Origin: Octopus vulgaris | Lineage: Eukaryota | Direction of reading: 5' to 3' | DNA length: 64,000 nucleotides | Assembly: GCA_951406725.2 (NCBI GenBank) | Contig: OX597842.1 | Span: 2,232,001 to 2,296,000, forward strand | Part shown: piece by piece, positions 41,352 through 54,585 of the stretch | Numbering within the stretch: the stretch's first letter is position 1 | How the letters are laid out: each line of letters opens with the position of its first letter | The notes under the pieces: generated by a model | The model's database searches: none | What the model was told of the DNA's origin: nothing | Seen by the model: the letters and a program-made list of their open reading frames with translations, nothing else | Program-made: the position numbers and the translations under genes

Positions 41352-42600
41352 ATGTATATCTAGTATATATAAATCACAGTATGTATGTCTATAATGACTA
41401 ATGCATACGTTTCTACAATTCTCAACCGATTTTCACCAATCTTTACACACACATTACTTATGTCCCAAGGATTGTCATGCACTATAACATTTTGCCCAGA
41501 GCTCCCACATAAATTGATGTAAATGAACATAGTTTTTTGTATGTAGGTTCTTCCATACTTTTTTAATCTTTTTATAGAAGTGAAAGGATTTTGTCTATTT
41601 ATTTAATTCTGCTGTCCACCAGTGACAGGGACTAAATGGACTAGGAGCACTGAACGCATACATTCCCACAATTGTCAACCGATTTTCGCCAAACTTTACA
41701 CACACATTACTTATGTCCCAAGGATGTTCATGCACGAAGCATTTAGCCCAGTGCTTCCATGTAAATGGACTTAAGTGGACATAGTTTTTTTTTAATGTAG
41801 GGTCTTCCATATTTTTTAAAAATCTTTTTATAAAAGTGAAAGGATTTTGTCTCTTTATTTCGACTGTCCACCTGCCACAGTGATTAAATTGACTAGGAAC
41901 TCTGTACACCATGAATATCCAATACCAAAACAATCTTAATCTCCATATTTAAACTGCATTAAACTTTGTCAAGCTTACCTTTACCTATTCTGAGTTACCT
42001 GAAAGGTGATGTTCCCTTCCCTCTCTTATATTTGTTGATACCTTTATTTCCCTACCAATGTGTTCTTTCACTTTAAGGATGTTTATTTACTCATCCATTA
42101 TGATATTTCGATTATTGTCCATTGTTTCAAATACATTTTAGCATTGTTGTTCTAGCCTTTTTTAAACAATCACATACGATTCGTCCCAAAGAATCAAACT
42201 TTAAATAAGAGTTTTGCTTCCACTAACGAAAGCTATACATATCTTTCAGAAAGCTGCATACCAATTTCACTTTTTGCAGCATTCGCTGTTAGTTTATGTG
42301 CACGCTATGTGAGAAGACAGAATAAAGGGGCTTTTGTTAGCTTATCTCTCCAAAAAAAAATAGCTCCCTTTGCTGATGAAAAAAATAAACTCAGTTTCAA
42401 CATCTTCCTTCAATTTTATTACACCATTTATGTGGCTGTTTCTGACAAGAAATTTCACTTTCATGTAAAACGACTATATTTTGTAGTCATTATCCGTAAT
42501 CTCCTCCCAAAACACTTCAGCAGCTCTACTTTACATCGCTTGCAAACTTATATGTTCTATGATAATGAAAGTGCAACAGCATCCACAATAACCAGACATA

Positions 42601-42702
42601 CATGGAAGCTATGGTTTTGGTTCCTGCAATGAGGAGGGAACCAGGCTGCTGGAGTTCTGCAATGCAAATGATCTTATAGTTTACAATACTAACTTCAGTA
42701 AG
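42601..42702 (+). pseudogene. RTE-clade LINE apurinic-endonuclease fragment
   Basis: HGSYGFGSCNEEGTRLLEFCNANDLIVYNTNFSK, typical of RTE endonuclease domains. Confidence 0.85.
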
Positions 42703-42717
42703 TATATTATGTTCGTA

Positions 42718-42800
42718 AAGACAACGCCTGGTCTGGGAATCGAATCCGAGATCCTACGACCGCGAGTACGCTGCCCTAACCACTAGGCCATTGCACCTCC
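42718..42800 (-). mobile_element. tRNA-derived SINE head
   Basis: Minus strand tggcctagtggttaggg...ggattcgattccc gives A and B boxes. Confidence 0.7.
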
Positions 42801-43499
42801 ACATATATATATATAAAACCACTGAATATTAAAAGATAGTAAGTCTTTCATAGAACAACACAGTAGGGCTCAGTATATTGAGCAGCAATATCAAAAATGA
42901 ATTTTCATATATATGTGTGTGTGTGTGTGTGTTTATGTACAATAAGGCCAACCTGTCTATCACAGTTATTTCTGTAACCCTGCAACGCACACTAATTTCA
43001 TCATCACCAGATCTTTATCCATGAAGTATTGTATGCTGGTGGCTACACCACAACACCACCACCAACACCACCACCACAACTATAAACACCTGGGCGACCA
43101 CCACCACCTCCAACAACAGCATCACCCTTCGCTACAATTACTATCATTATCATACTCTTGCTGCCTACGTCTCCACCATCACCACTGCCACAACCACTAC
43201 AAGAGCCATGCCACCACCACCACCACCACCACTACCACCACCACCACCACAGCATATCACTTTAGTTACCCCTCCTCCCACTCCACCTCCCAGTGCTACT
43301 ACCACCATCATTAACTTCCTGGTCTTGAGAATGAAACATCAGCTGTTGTGAAGTCTCCGCACCCACTTAAGTAGTGTTTCCACAGGCTTAAGGGGGTACA
43401 TTATATACTTCGGTCTTTGGTGGGGGCGGAGGGTGGGTATAGGGTGTGTGTGTGAGGGTGTAGAAGTATGTCCAAGAGTGTAAGATCTATGTTTCAATA

Positions 43500-43624
43500 C
43501 ACCTGTGTATATGTATGTGTGTGTGTGTGTTTACATATATAAATATAAATAAATATATATATATAAATATGCATAGTCACATGGTGGAAATGAATAAAAG
43601 AATATTTATATATATATATATGTG

Positions 43625-43655
<31 letters not shown>

Positions 43656-43726
43656 ATATATATAGATATACGCATGTATACATACATATACATATATATA
43701 CATATCTATCTATATATATATATATA

Positions 43727-43770
<44 letters not shown>

Positions 43771-44096
43771 TATATATATATATAAATAGAGAGAGAGAGA
43801 GAGAGAGATATGCATGCATATATACAAACAAACACACATATGTATATGAATACATACAGACAGATAACTAAGATATACATTAGTATAAATTTGTGTGTGA
43901 GTGTGTTCATAGCTGTGTGTGTTATAATATATATGTTTGATATATATACACACACATATATGTGGCTATGTTTGAGTATATCTCTTTACAAATCTATGTA
44001 TATTTTGTGTGTGTGTATATATATACACACATACATACATACATATGTGTGTGTGATTGTGTGTATAATGTTCAAATAAATGTATGCATTCATATG

Positions 44097-44150
<54 letters not shown>

Positions 44151-44328
44151 CAAAATTTTCATAATATATACATTTATTTGAACATTATACACACAATCGC
44201 ATACACATATGTATGCATGTATGTATGTGTGTATATATATTATGAAAATTTTGCTTATATATGTATATTCATATATATATACACATATATGCATGCAATC
44301 ATGCATATATATATAAATATATGTGTGC

Positions 44329-44367
<39 letters not shown>

Positions 44368-45100
44368 TTTGTGTGAATGTCTGTATTTACAGATAGTTGT
44401 ATGCATACGCATACACACACATGCGATCATATGCATTTATATACACACGTGTGTATACACTTCTTCATACACATGCATCCATTCAAAATTCGTGTATCAC
44501 AAGACAGCCTCTCTCATCAGTTGGCAAAAGGTGATTATGAATGAGATGACTGGAAATGTGTCTCGGTGTGCGGGGTTGGCACAGGGGCACAGAGGGGGAG
44601 GTGCCGCTGCCGTGAGACAATTAACTAACAAAAAGTCATTTCCCCCTCCCCCCCTTCACACACACATACCGCTTGCCCTCCGCCTCCACTAAGACTCTCT
44701 TCTCATTGCCACCATCATTATCATTGACATCATCATCATCATCACCACCAGCACCCCTCCCATTAATATTTGCCTCCCCTGCTTTCTCCTCCCCCCCTCT
44801 ACCTTGTCTTAGTTGTTGTCATTGTTGTCACTGTCTAGAAATGATGCCATTATCATCATCATCATCACCATCACCAGCCAGTGTTATCAACGCCATTATC
44901 ACCACCATCTTCATCCCTATTATCATCACTATCAAGATCCTGGTCGTCATCGTTATCAGAGGTATCATTGCAATTCTGGCCAGTACACAAACACACATAC
45001 ATACACACACACATTCATGTAGATGTGTGTGTGTATGTATATGTATGTCTCTCTCTCACTCACTCTCTGTCTGCCCGTCCCTCTCTCTCTCTATATATAT

Positions 45101-45183
<83 letters not shown>

Positions 45184-45208
45184 GTATATATATATGTATA
45201 TATATATG

Positions 45209-45239
<31 letters not shown>

Positions 45240-45361
45240 GCATGTATATATATATGTATATATATATATATATATTTATTTATATATACGCATATGTACA
45301 CAGAAAATTGTATACATATCATGAATATAAAAATGTTCAGTACAAGTATACATACATAAAT

Positions 45362-45394
<33 letters not shown>

Positions 45395-45491
45395 CATATA
45401 CTCATATATACATATATACATATATACACACAATGTATAATACATGTATGCATATATATATATATATATTATCTATGTATAAGTATATGGT

Positions 45492-45555
<64 letters not shown>

Positions 45556-45580
45556 TCACACATAAGCATATGTATATGTT
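43500..45580. repeat. (TA)n/(TG)n microsatellite fields
   Basis: Visible runs. Confidence 0.9.
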
Positions 45581-46058
45581 CACACACCATCGTTGTCATC
45601 ATCATCGTGATTTCATCACCATTACAACCACCATCATCATCGACATCAACATGATGAACTTCACGATCTTCATCGTTAGTTTCTTCGTTAGCAGTCTCAG
45701 TGGTTGCTCCCATTATAAAGTTATAACTAGCAGTGTTCATGAACAACAACACAAACTACAACAACTGCGACAGCAACAACAAGACCGTAAAATGTAAATG
45801 GGTTGAGGTGGGGGTGCACGTGTCATACAACAATATTAATCAATCAGGAGGAGATAAATCTTAATCAATGGAGCACTCGGCCACCACTCCACCTACTTTC
45901 AAGCCTCTGTCCTTCCGATACCTCCCCGTTCACTCTTCCTAAAACATATGAAATGTTTAGGCGAAACAATATTGGTTTCACAGTTCCCTTGCCCACGTGA
46001 TAGCTACATGCATCAGTAATGCAACCAAAAGAAGCTATGAATATATAAAGTAAAGTAA

Positions 46059-46089
<31 letters not shown>

Positions 46090-46367
46090 ACGCTCAATTA
46101 ATGGAAACACGATTAAGAAAATTGGGGCAAAATGTATAATTAAAAATTCACAATAAATGATTTTGTTTTGTTTTTTGTAGTGTTTTGTGTTTTTGTTTGT
46201 TTTTGGTTTTTTGTATTTGTTTATCGTTTGTGAAATGTGTTGATTGCTTTTGGCGTTTTCAGTTGCATGCGTTGAAGCCGATACACAAACACACATATAC
46301 ACACATGCATACGTACGAGTACACATGTTCGCACTCTCTCTCTCTCGCAGTATGTATATATACATAC

Positions 46368-46399
<32 letters not shown>

Positions 46400-46689
46400 G
46401 TGTGTGTGTATATATTGGCTTGCTGCTTAGCCATGTACTTTTGAATTCTCACTGTGTGCCACCTTGAGCAAGTATCTTCTGTTATAGCCCCAAGCTGACC
46501 AATACATTGTGAATGAACCTGGGAGACAGAAAGTGAAAGAGGCAAGTTATATGTGTGTGTGTGTGTGTGTATATACACATATATGTATATGTATATTTAT
46601 ATCTATATATTCATATATATATATATATATTTATTTTTTTTTTTTCCCTCTAGATTCAGCTCAAAGCTGCGGCCATGCTAATGCACACC

Positions 46690-46738
<49 letters not shown>

Positions 46739-46958
46739 TTAGAGGTGTTTAAAACCTCTAAGGGATGGTTAAATCCAAAGGTGCTTCTGGTGATTACCTG
46801 CGTACGTACAGTCCTTGACAAAAGGTATATGGTACTAGGTAATTCAGTGGGTAAACTTATATGCAAGAAGAAAATCGAGGAAAATAACAGGAAGAAGTTG
46901 GTCATCTGCACTAGTAAGCCATTAATTTAATTAATTAAGAAAAGTGGTAGTAATAGTA

Positions 46959-47011
46959 CATTTACGATCATTTCTGTTTCCCAGTTGTAAATGGTGGACA
47001 TCATCAGAATG
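46959..47011 (-). ncRNA. Minimal hammerhead ribozyme motif in the inverted pLTR
   Basis: catt-CTGATGA-tgtccacc..gggaaaca-GAAA-tgatcg-TA-aatg. Confidence 0.7.
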
Positions 47012-47028
47012 AGAGTCAATTTTCTGAT

Positions 47029-47325
47029 AGATGCTAGACTAAAACCGTAGTTTACCAATTTGACATACACACAAATATAAAATCCTATATAGGCTCCATG
47101 AAAAACTAAATGATACTTAGGTATAACGCACACCAATCTAGCTTCTGAAATAAGAGTCAGGCAAATTCAACAGGGCTTAGTAGCTATATCTGGGAGCTTA
47201 AGAACAAAAAAATAGTATATAGATTAGAATGCTGCATGCTCGCAAAAACAACTTCTTACAACTCTACCAATTGACAGTGCAATCTCTGTTTCAGCGAACA
47301 CCTGGAAATTCTAATGGCTAAACCA
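47029..47325 (+). pseudogene. Penelope-type GIY-YIG endonuclease remnant
   Basis: RC*TKTVVYQFDIHTNIKSYIGSMKN*MILRYNAHQSSF*NKSQANSTGLSSYIWELKNKK...LAKTTSYNSTN*QCNLCFSEHLEIL: VVY-YIG, RYxxH and CNLC motifs. Confidence 0.9.
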
Positions 47326-47394
47326 CCTCTTCATCATCATCATCATCATCGGAGAGGCACTGAGCAGCTATACGCACACATACACACACGGCAG

Positions 47395-47530
47395 TAACTT
47401 CCACCTACCGATTTCAATCACAAAGCTTCGGTCGACTCGGGGCTATAGTGGAAGACACCTGCCCAAAGCGCCATGCAGTGGGACTGAACCTGAAACCATG
47501 TAGCTAGGAAGCAAGCTCCCTAACCACAGT
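47395..47530 (-). mobile_element. SINE family A 5' fragment inserted in the PLE
   Basis: ggctatagtggaagacacctgcccaaagcgccatgcagtgggactgaacc. Confidence 0.8.
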
Positions 47531-48105
47531 GAATATGAGAACAGTAATTTTTTGTCTACATATAGGCTTTTTAGTCTTTTCGAAGTAGCAGTAAACCCGC
47601 CTGACCCTCTACAAAACCTATGTTACCATCTTCATCAAAATAATCCCATTTAGCCAGGAACCACTTAAACTACGTCCACGCAAACATTCACTTCCCAACC
47701 CCTACTCACTTTACACACCTCATAATAAATTTGTTTACACCGACACAGGGCTTCCTTCATTACTACGAACTTGCTACATCTTTAAGTCCCAAAGACATAA
47801 ATTCCTTACTCTTCCCGGACTGAGTAATCCGGATAAAGTTAGCTCCCTTTTCAACATGAGTTAGAGTTAAACCCCTTTCTTTACACTGCCGGTTAAAAGT
47901 CTAGCCAGAATAAACGGGGGGAAAATATATGCTTAGTTAAACTTGGGACTACGCATCAAAATAACCTCCATCCTACATCCAATTCGCAGCAGAATTATCG
48001 ACAAAGAAATTTACTATAATGTAAGACTCACCATTCTTTGTTTTTAATCTTGTTACCAATGAATTCCTATGTCTTTCGCTCTTCTTATCTCTCCATATGA
48101 CTCTG

Positions 48106-48157
48106 CATTCTGATGATGTCTACCACCACAACTGGTAAACAGAATCGATTGTAAATG
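48106..48157 (+). ncRNA. Minimal hammerhead ribozyme motif in the sense pLTR (GAAA mutated to GAAT)
   Basis: catt-CTGATGA-tgtctacc..ggtaaaca-GAAT-cgattg-TA-aatg. Confidence 0.65.
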
Positions 48158-48274
48158 TACTATTACAACCACTTTTCTTTATTGATTAATTAAATTAATG
48201 GCTTACTAGCACAGCAAATGACCAACTTCTTCCTGTTATCTTTCCTCCATTTTCTTCTTGCATATATATAACCT

Positions 48275-48918
48275 GTGGCCCATGCCAGGAGCGTAACCAG
48301 CCCGCTTATGCGTACCTTTTCCTTCTATGGACACTAAACTCTGCTTGCGAAGACCTGTTGAGGCAAGTGAAATCAAAATCAAAACCAAAATCAATTCGAT
48401 GACTGGCATCTGTGCTAGCGGGGTGCAAAGAGCACCATACAAGTGTGATCGTTGATAGAGCAACAAGCTGGCTTCCATGCCAGTAGCACATAAAAGGCAC
48501 CATTCGATTATGATCGTTACCAGCGTCGCCTTACTGGCACTTGTGCATTTGCTAATAGGGTGCCAATCCGAGCGTGATCGTTGCCAGAGCAGCCAACTGG
48601 CGTCCGTACCCGTGGCACGTAAAAGGGCACCATTCGAGCGTGATCGTTACCAACATCGCTTCACTGGCACCGGTGCCGGTGGCACGTGTAAAAAGATTCG
48701 AGCGAGGTTGTTGCCAGTACCGCCTGACTGGCCGGTGGCACGTAAAAAGCACCCACTACACTCTCAGAGTGGTTGGCATTAGGAAGGGCATCCAGCTGTA
48801 GAAACTATGCCAAATCAAGATTGGAGCCTGGTGCAGCCATCTGGTTCGCCAGCCCTCAGTCAAAATCGTCCAGCCCATGCTAGCATGGAAAGTGGACGTT
48901 AAACAATGATGATGATGA
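48275..48918 (+). mobile_element. SINE family C, long copy with internal repeats
   Basis: Ends catgctagcatggaaagtggacgttaaac(gat)n. Confidence 0.88.
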
Positions 48919-49479
48919 TATACATATATATATTTAAATATATATGTCTATATATTTATATATATATATATTTATGTATATTAATATATATATATATTTA
49001 TATATATATATGTATATATATACATGCACATATGGACATAAAAAAAAACGTTGAACACAATGAGAAACAAAAACTTAGAAATGAACTGTTTTCGAACAAC
49101 GAAAAACAAACAAAGAAACTAGACATACAACATAAAGAATATTCCCCTTCTTCAGTCGTCCCTGTTTCAACTATTCCACGTTTCGAAGGCACAGGCAATA
49201 TGCGACTTCGTTGAAACAGTCCTTCCTGCAAAGCAAATTAAATAAAATTTGGGATTTTTTTGGAGGGAAGAACTGTTTCAACGAAGTCTCGTATTGTCCA
49301 TAGACAATAGACATGCAGCAGGAGTGAAATAATTAGTAATAATTACTAATTAGTAGTGACCCCTGCTGGGACAGCATTTTAAAGAAGAGAGCATGAAATC
49401 ATTGTATAACAGCTTTATCACTTTTGTCATCGCTTTTCTCATCACTACCATCAACATCATAACTTACATTTATGAATCC

Positions 49480-50260
49480 CTTTGGTGCCGAATGAACATG
49501 GGCTTGCACCTAGAAAGTTACTCTCTGGGGTACAAGTCTGGTCATGGTTATTTACTGAAGACCAACAGTCACCCATGCATACCAGCCTCCCTTCTCCATG
49601 CCACTGATATTATCCAGGGGGAAGGCAAATGCCAATACAGTGGTAAGAAGCTTCCTTCCCAACCACACGGTTCTGGGTTCAGTCCCACTGCATGGTGCCT
49701 TAGGCAAGTGTCTCCTACTACAGCCTCAGGCCGACCAAAACCTTGTGAGTGCATTTGGTAGATGGAAACTGAAAAGAAGCCCATCGTATATTTATATATG
49801 TATATATATCTGTGTATGTATATATGTTTGTGTGTCTGTGTTTGTCCCCACAACATCGCTTGACAACCGATGCTGGTGTGTTTACATCCCTGTAACTTAG
49901 CGGTTGAGCAAAAGAGACTGATAGAGTAAGTACTAGACTTACAAAGAATAAGTCCTGGGGCCGATTTGCTCGACTAAAGGCGGTGCTCCAGCATGGCCGC
50001 AGTCAAATGACTGAAACAAGTAAAAGAGTCAGAAGAGTTGAGAGAGAGAGAGAGAGATTTGTATATGTTTGTGTGTCTGTGTTTTTCCCCCACCCACTGT
50101 CATTTGACAACCAAATGTTGGTGTGTTTATATCCCCATAACTTAACAGTTCAGCAATAGAATAAATATAAGGCTTACAGAGAAGTCCTGGGGTTCATTTG
50201 TTTTACTACAGACGATGCTGCAGCATGGCCACAGTCAAATAACTGACACAACTTAAAGAA
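49480..50260. mobile_element. SINE B fragment (minus, 49480-49635) abutting SINE A (plus, 49640-50030), followed by a SINE A 3' fragment (50070-50260)
   Basis: Match the respective consensuses. Confidence 0.85.
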
Positions 50261-50308
50261 TATACTCATATTTTGAGTTCTGCATTCCCTGTTTGCATCA
50301 ACATATAA

Positions 50309-50383
<75 letters not shown>

Positions 50384-50390
50384 CATATAT

Positions 50391-50677
50391 AATATAATTC
50401 GAGACAAAACCACTATTTTAAAATCAAACAAGGAAAGACTTAATCAATACATAAAATTTCAATATAAATTAAATAAACCGCCACTACAAATGTTTCATGC
50501 TCTGCTACCGACAATCTTCAGGTGGATTTTCGATACTGATTAGAAGATCGAAAATCCACCTGAAGCTTGTAGCATGAAACATTTGTAGTGTTTATTTAAT
50601 TTATATTAAAATTTTATGTATTGATTAAGTCTTTCCTTGTTTGGTTTTAAAATAGTGGTTTTGTCTCGAATTATATT
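50391..50677. mobile_element. Inverted pair of PLE-like terminal repeats with a hammerhead motif (minus copy 50481-50525)
   Basis: Near-perfect ~140 bp arms with a 12 nt apex; ccac-CTGAAGA-ttgtc..gagcat-GAAA-catttg-TA-gtgg. Confidence 0.72.
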
Positions 50678-51077
50678 ATATAATATTTTACTATAAAATT
50701 GGATTTAACCCTAAATCTGATTTTTTCCCTGTAATTTTGGATTCATTCCCTAATATTTATTATATATACATATATATATATATATCAAGAGAAAGAGAGA
50801 TATACAAATGTATATTGTCTTATAGTAAACTTACTCTATTACACATATGGATGTATGTATGTTTGCATGTAACTATATGTGTGTGTTAGATATAGATATA
50901 AATACACGTACACATAGATATACCCAAATACAGGTACACATAGACATATACACAGGCATGTGTGTATGATCATGTGTGTATGATTGTGTAAATACATACA
51001 TCTGTATATCAATATATATAAATATACATATTCATATATATGTTTGTGTGTGCATGTGTGTACAATATATATGTTTG

Positions 51078-51113
<36 letters not shown>

Positions 51114-51213
51114 GTGTGTGTGTGTTTGTGTACAATATATGTGTGTAGATATATATATATCTACACACAATATATATGTGTGTGTTTATATATCTATAGA
51201 TGTATGTATATAT

Positions 51214-51270
<57 letters not shown>

Positions 51271-51727
51271 TACACATATTATATGACATTAATCTATAAA
51301 CAATTTGAATCTAATGTGCCTTTCTCTTCCTTAACTTACCATTCACATTCCATCCCTGGCCTCTTCTCCTCTCCCACCATTCCGTCAACACCCTACTCTC
51401 TTTCCCTCTCCCTCTCTCCTTTTCCACATCTCTCTATTAGTTCCCCCCAGGATCTCCCCACCCCCAGGGATTCTTGCTCAATAAGCACTAATTAATTTGC
51501 CAATATGTTCATGCTGCTACAATAGACATTGTCTACGTCAGCATTAAGTCTTTGTTCATTGGCTGCCAGCAACAGAGAGAGCTCCACCTGGTGGTGTTTT
51601 CTTCATTAAGGGATATATAAAGTGTAAACAACTTGGGTGGATCTGTTTGTTGCGTTGCCTCTAAGATTTTTTTTTTCTTTACCAATTCTTGTATGTATAT
51701 TCATTTATGTTTGTGCATATACATACA

Positions 51728-51766
<39 letters not shown>

Positions 51767-52044
51767 GCATATGCACACTCTGAAACACACACACACTCAA
51801 ACATAAGCATATTATACATTCATATACGTATGTATACACACATACACTCATATATATATATATATATATGCATACATTTATATATATATATATATGTATG
51901 TATGTATAGATACACACAGACATATATATACACATGTATATAAATCATCATCATTTCACATGTCTATCTATCTGTGTGTATGTGTCAATGTTTATATATT
52001 TGTAAATGTGTATCTGTATATATTTATATATATACACACACGTG

Positions 52045-52081
<37 letters not shown>

Positions 52082-52219
52082 TTTCACACATACACATTCT
52101 GAGCCAACGAGTAAAATCTATACAATACTTTAGATTTTTCATCTCTTGTTTAAAACAGTAATTTGTTATATTTCATCTATGATATAAGGAAAAAGTTTTA
52201 AGTATTTGCATACTGTATC

Positions 52220-52385
52220 TAGGTGCAGGCGTTGCTGTGTGGAAAGAGGCTTGTTTCCCAAAAACGTTATTCTGAGTTCAGTCCCACAGCATGGCACCTT
52301 GGACAAGTGTCTTCTGCTATAGCTTCAGACTAATCAAAATCTTGTAAGTGGATCTGATTAACAGAAACTGAAAGGGAGGAGCCTA
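52220..52385 (+). mobile_element. Diverged SINE family A, 5' half
   Basis: gttcagtcccacagcatggcaccttggacaagtgtcttctgctatagc. Confidence 0.78.
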
Positions 52386-52388
52386 TCA

Positions 52389-52423
<35 letters not shown>

Positions 52424-52470
52424 TGATAATACTAAAACTCTAGAGATGTTTGTGTATACCTGAAATATTG

Positions 52471-52775
52471 TGGAAACACATGGCCAAGTGGTTAGAGCAG
52501 CAGTCAGGTGTTCCAGGGATTGCTGGTTCAAATTTCAGACTGGGCTGTGTGTGTTTCTGAGTGAAACACCTAAGCGCCACGTGGCTCTGGCAGAAGGTAA
52601 TAGCGAACTTCTGCTGACTCTTTCGCCACAACTTTCTCTGACCCTTTACTCCTGCATCGAGCAGCTCACCTGAAACGGACTGGCGTCCCATCCAGGTGGG
52701 GAACCTATACGCCATTGAAACTGGGAAAACTGGCCCTTATGAGCCAGGCATGGCTTGAGAAGGAAAAACACAACA
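52471..52775 (+). mobile_element. tRNA-derived SINE, family E
   Basis: A box tggccaagtggttagag, B box ggttcaaattt, body motif gactggcgtcccatccagg, A/C-rich tail. Confidence 0.75.
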
Positions 52776-53364
52776 CCTGAAATATTGCAGAAATAGTATA
52801 TTTTATCTTAATCTTTTTTCTATATTTTCATACTTACCTTCAGCAGCACTAGAATATTTGTGATATTTGGGACTCTAATTGTTAAGGAAAACGATTAAAC
52901 ACAATTTTTATTTGGTATTTCTTGACAAAAAAAAAGCACAGCTTCTGTGACATTAGCACGCATACACACATACAGAATACACACACATATAATAAATTTC
53001 TTGGCATGTCAGTCAACAGAAATACATGCCCACTATCTATGGGAGGTTTCATGCTCTCTAAGAAAAACGAAATCTTTGACTTTTTGACGTTCACAGTATT
53101 TTAATCATTTAGAAATATTTTTAACTGAATGTGATTTCAGAAATGTAAGTTGTTTGTACAGAAAGTATTTATATTTTAGCTTGCTTTTAACAGACAATAT
53201 TTTAATGTTTTTTTTCTTAATTATTTTCAAGTTAAAGGTGATCTTTCGCTTATCATCCGGACTTTGTTGGTTTCCGTAAAAATTTATTTATTTATTTACT
53301 TTTGTTTTATTGTGAAAGAAAGGAGAAAGTGAAAGATGTATGTACATGTATATGAGATGGACAT

Positions 53365-53445
53365 GTGTGTTAGTGTGTGTGTGTGTGTGTGTGTTTGTGT
53401 GTGTGAGTGTGTGTGTGAGTGTGAGTGTGTTTGTGTGTGTGTGTT

Positions 53446-53493
<48 letters not shown>

Positions 53494-53593
53494 AGTGTGT
53501 TTGTGTGTGTTTGTGTGTGTGTGTTAGTGTGTGTGTGTTTGTGTGTGTGTGTGTGTTTGTGTGTGTGTGTTTGTGCATGTGTGTGCATGTGTG

Positions 53594-53624
<31 letters not shown>

Positions 53625-53657
53625 TTGTGTGTGTGTGTTAGTGTGTGTGTGTTAGTG

Positions 53658-53689
<32 letters not shown>

Positions 53690-53745
53690 AAAGAGAGACA
53701 GGAGAGAGAGAGAGAGAGAGGCAAAAAAGAGAGAAAGAGAGAGAG
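53365..53745. repeat. (GT)n then (GA)n microsatellite
   Basis: Visible run. Confidence 0.95.
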
Positions 53746-54316
53746 TGAAGGGGTGTGTTGTCATGTATACGTACATACATCAATACATATGTGTACATCT
53801 TTTTTGTATGCATGTGTGACTGTGAGAGTGCTTGAGTGAATGTGTATGTTCTCATGTATGTGTAAGTGGCACTCTCTCTCTCTCTCTCACATCCATTTCA
53901 TATACACGTTCATACATCTTTCATTTTCTCCTCTTTTTCACTTTAAAACAAAAATAAATAAATAAATTTTTTTACGGAAATTCGTGAACAAAACCAGCAG
54001 ATCCGTATGACAGTTTTGAGACTCAAAGCAACAGTTTGCCCCAAGGAAATACCATTTAAAAAACATTTTTGGAGTGCATTCAATGTATCTCAACTCTAAA
54101 AATTTGGCTGCTATTTCTAGCACGCCCTGTTACCAAGTAACAGTTGTTTGTGATAAAGGACCCTAAATACCTGTTTTCTGGAGCCATGACTTCGATGTCA
54201 CATTTGTTGAAAGCATGCAAAATAACCTGAAAAAGGAAAAAATAACCCTCAAAACAAAACTCTGTTGATGGGAAACTCAGACTTTCCAGGGGACCCAATA
54301 GGTCATGGGTAGTCTA

Positions 54317-54361
<45 letters not shown>

Positions 54362-54387
54362 TATATATATATATATGCATATATATA

Positions 54388-54423
<36 letters not shown>

Positions 54424-54429
54424 TAATGA

Positions 54430-54585
54430 TATGACAACAAAAGAATGAATGAGACATTGATATTATGTAAAATAGAGGAATTTATCTATAAATATAATGT
54501 GACAAGTAGTTGGGTGTCATAATAAAACTCAGAATTTCTGATACCGGGGCTGAAGTCTGCTCCAGCATCTCATCAGTTATTAAGA
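54430..54585 (-). mobile_element. PLE-like terminal repeat of the 23.3 kb family with a hammerhead motif (54521-54581)
   Basis: Homologous to 23270-23421; aataa-CTGATGA-gatgctgg..ccggtatca-GAAA-ttctgag-TT-ttatt. Confidence 0.7.

Larger units (their letters stand above)
41359..42995 (+). mobile_element. Probable non-autonomous Helitron-like element with an internal ~250 bp tandem repeat; 3' end uncertain
   Basis: Starts TC(tagtatatataaa). caaccgattttc.ccaa.ctttacacacacattacttatgtcccaagga occurs at ~41420 and ~41675. Degenerate cctgcaacgc near 42980. Confidence 0.5.
46858..48266 (+). mobile_element. 5'-truncated Penelope-like retroelement bounded by inverted pseudo-LTRs (46858-47018 and 48098-48266)
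   Basis: The terminal ~165 bp are reverse complements; GIY-YIG remnant inside; hammerhead motif in both repeats. Confidence 0.9.

Noticed and set aside
41930-42560. Possible coding remnant inside the Helitron-like element
   Set aside because: The frames I translated have stops and no recognisable Rep/helicase motif.
49140-49300. Permuted hammerhead on the minus strand (GAAACG...CTGAAGA) beside a 40 bp inverted repeat
   Set aside because: No cleavable UH site and no stem I could be formed; probably a repeat end, but the ribozyme is unsupported.
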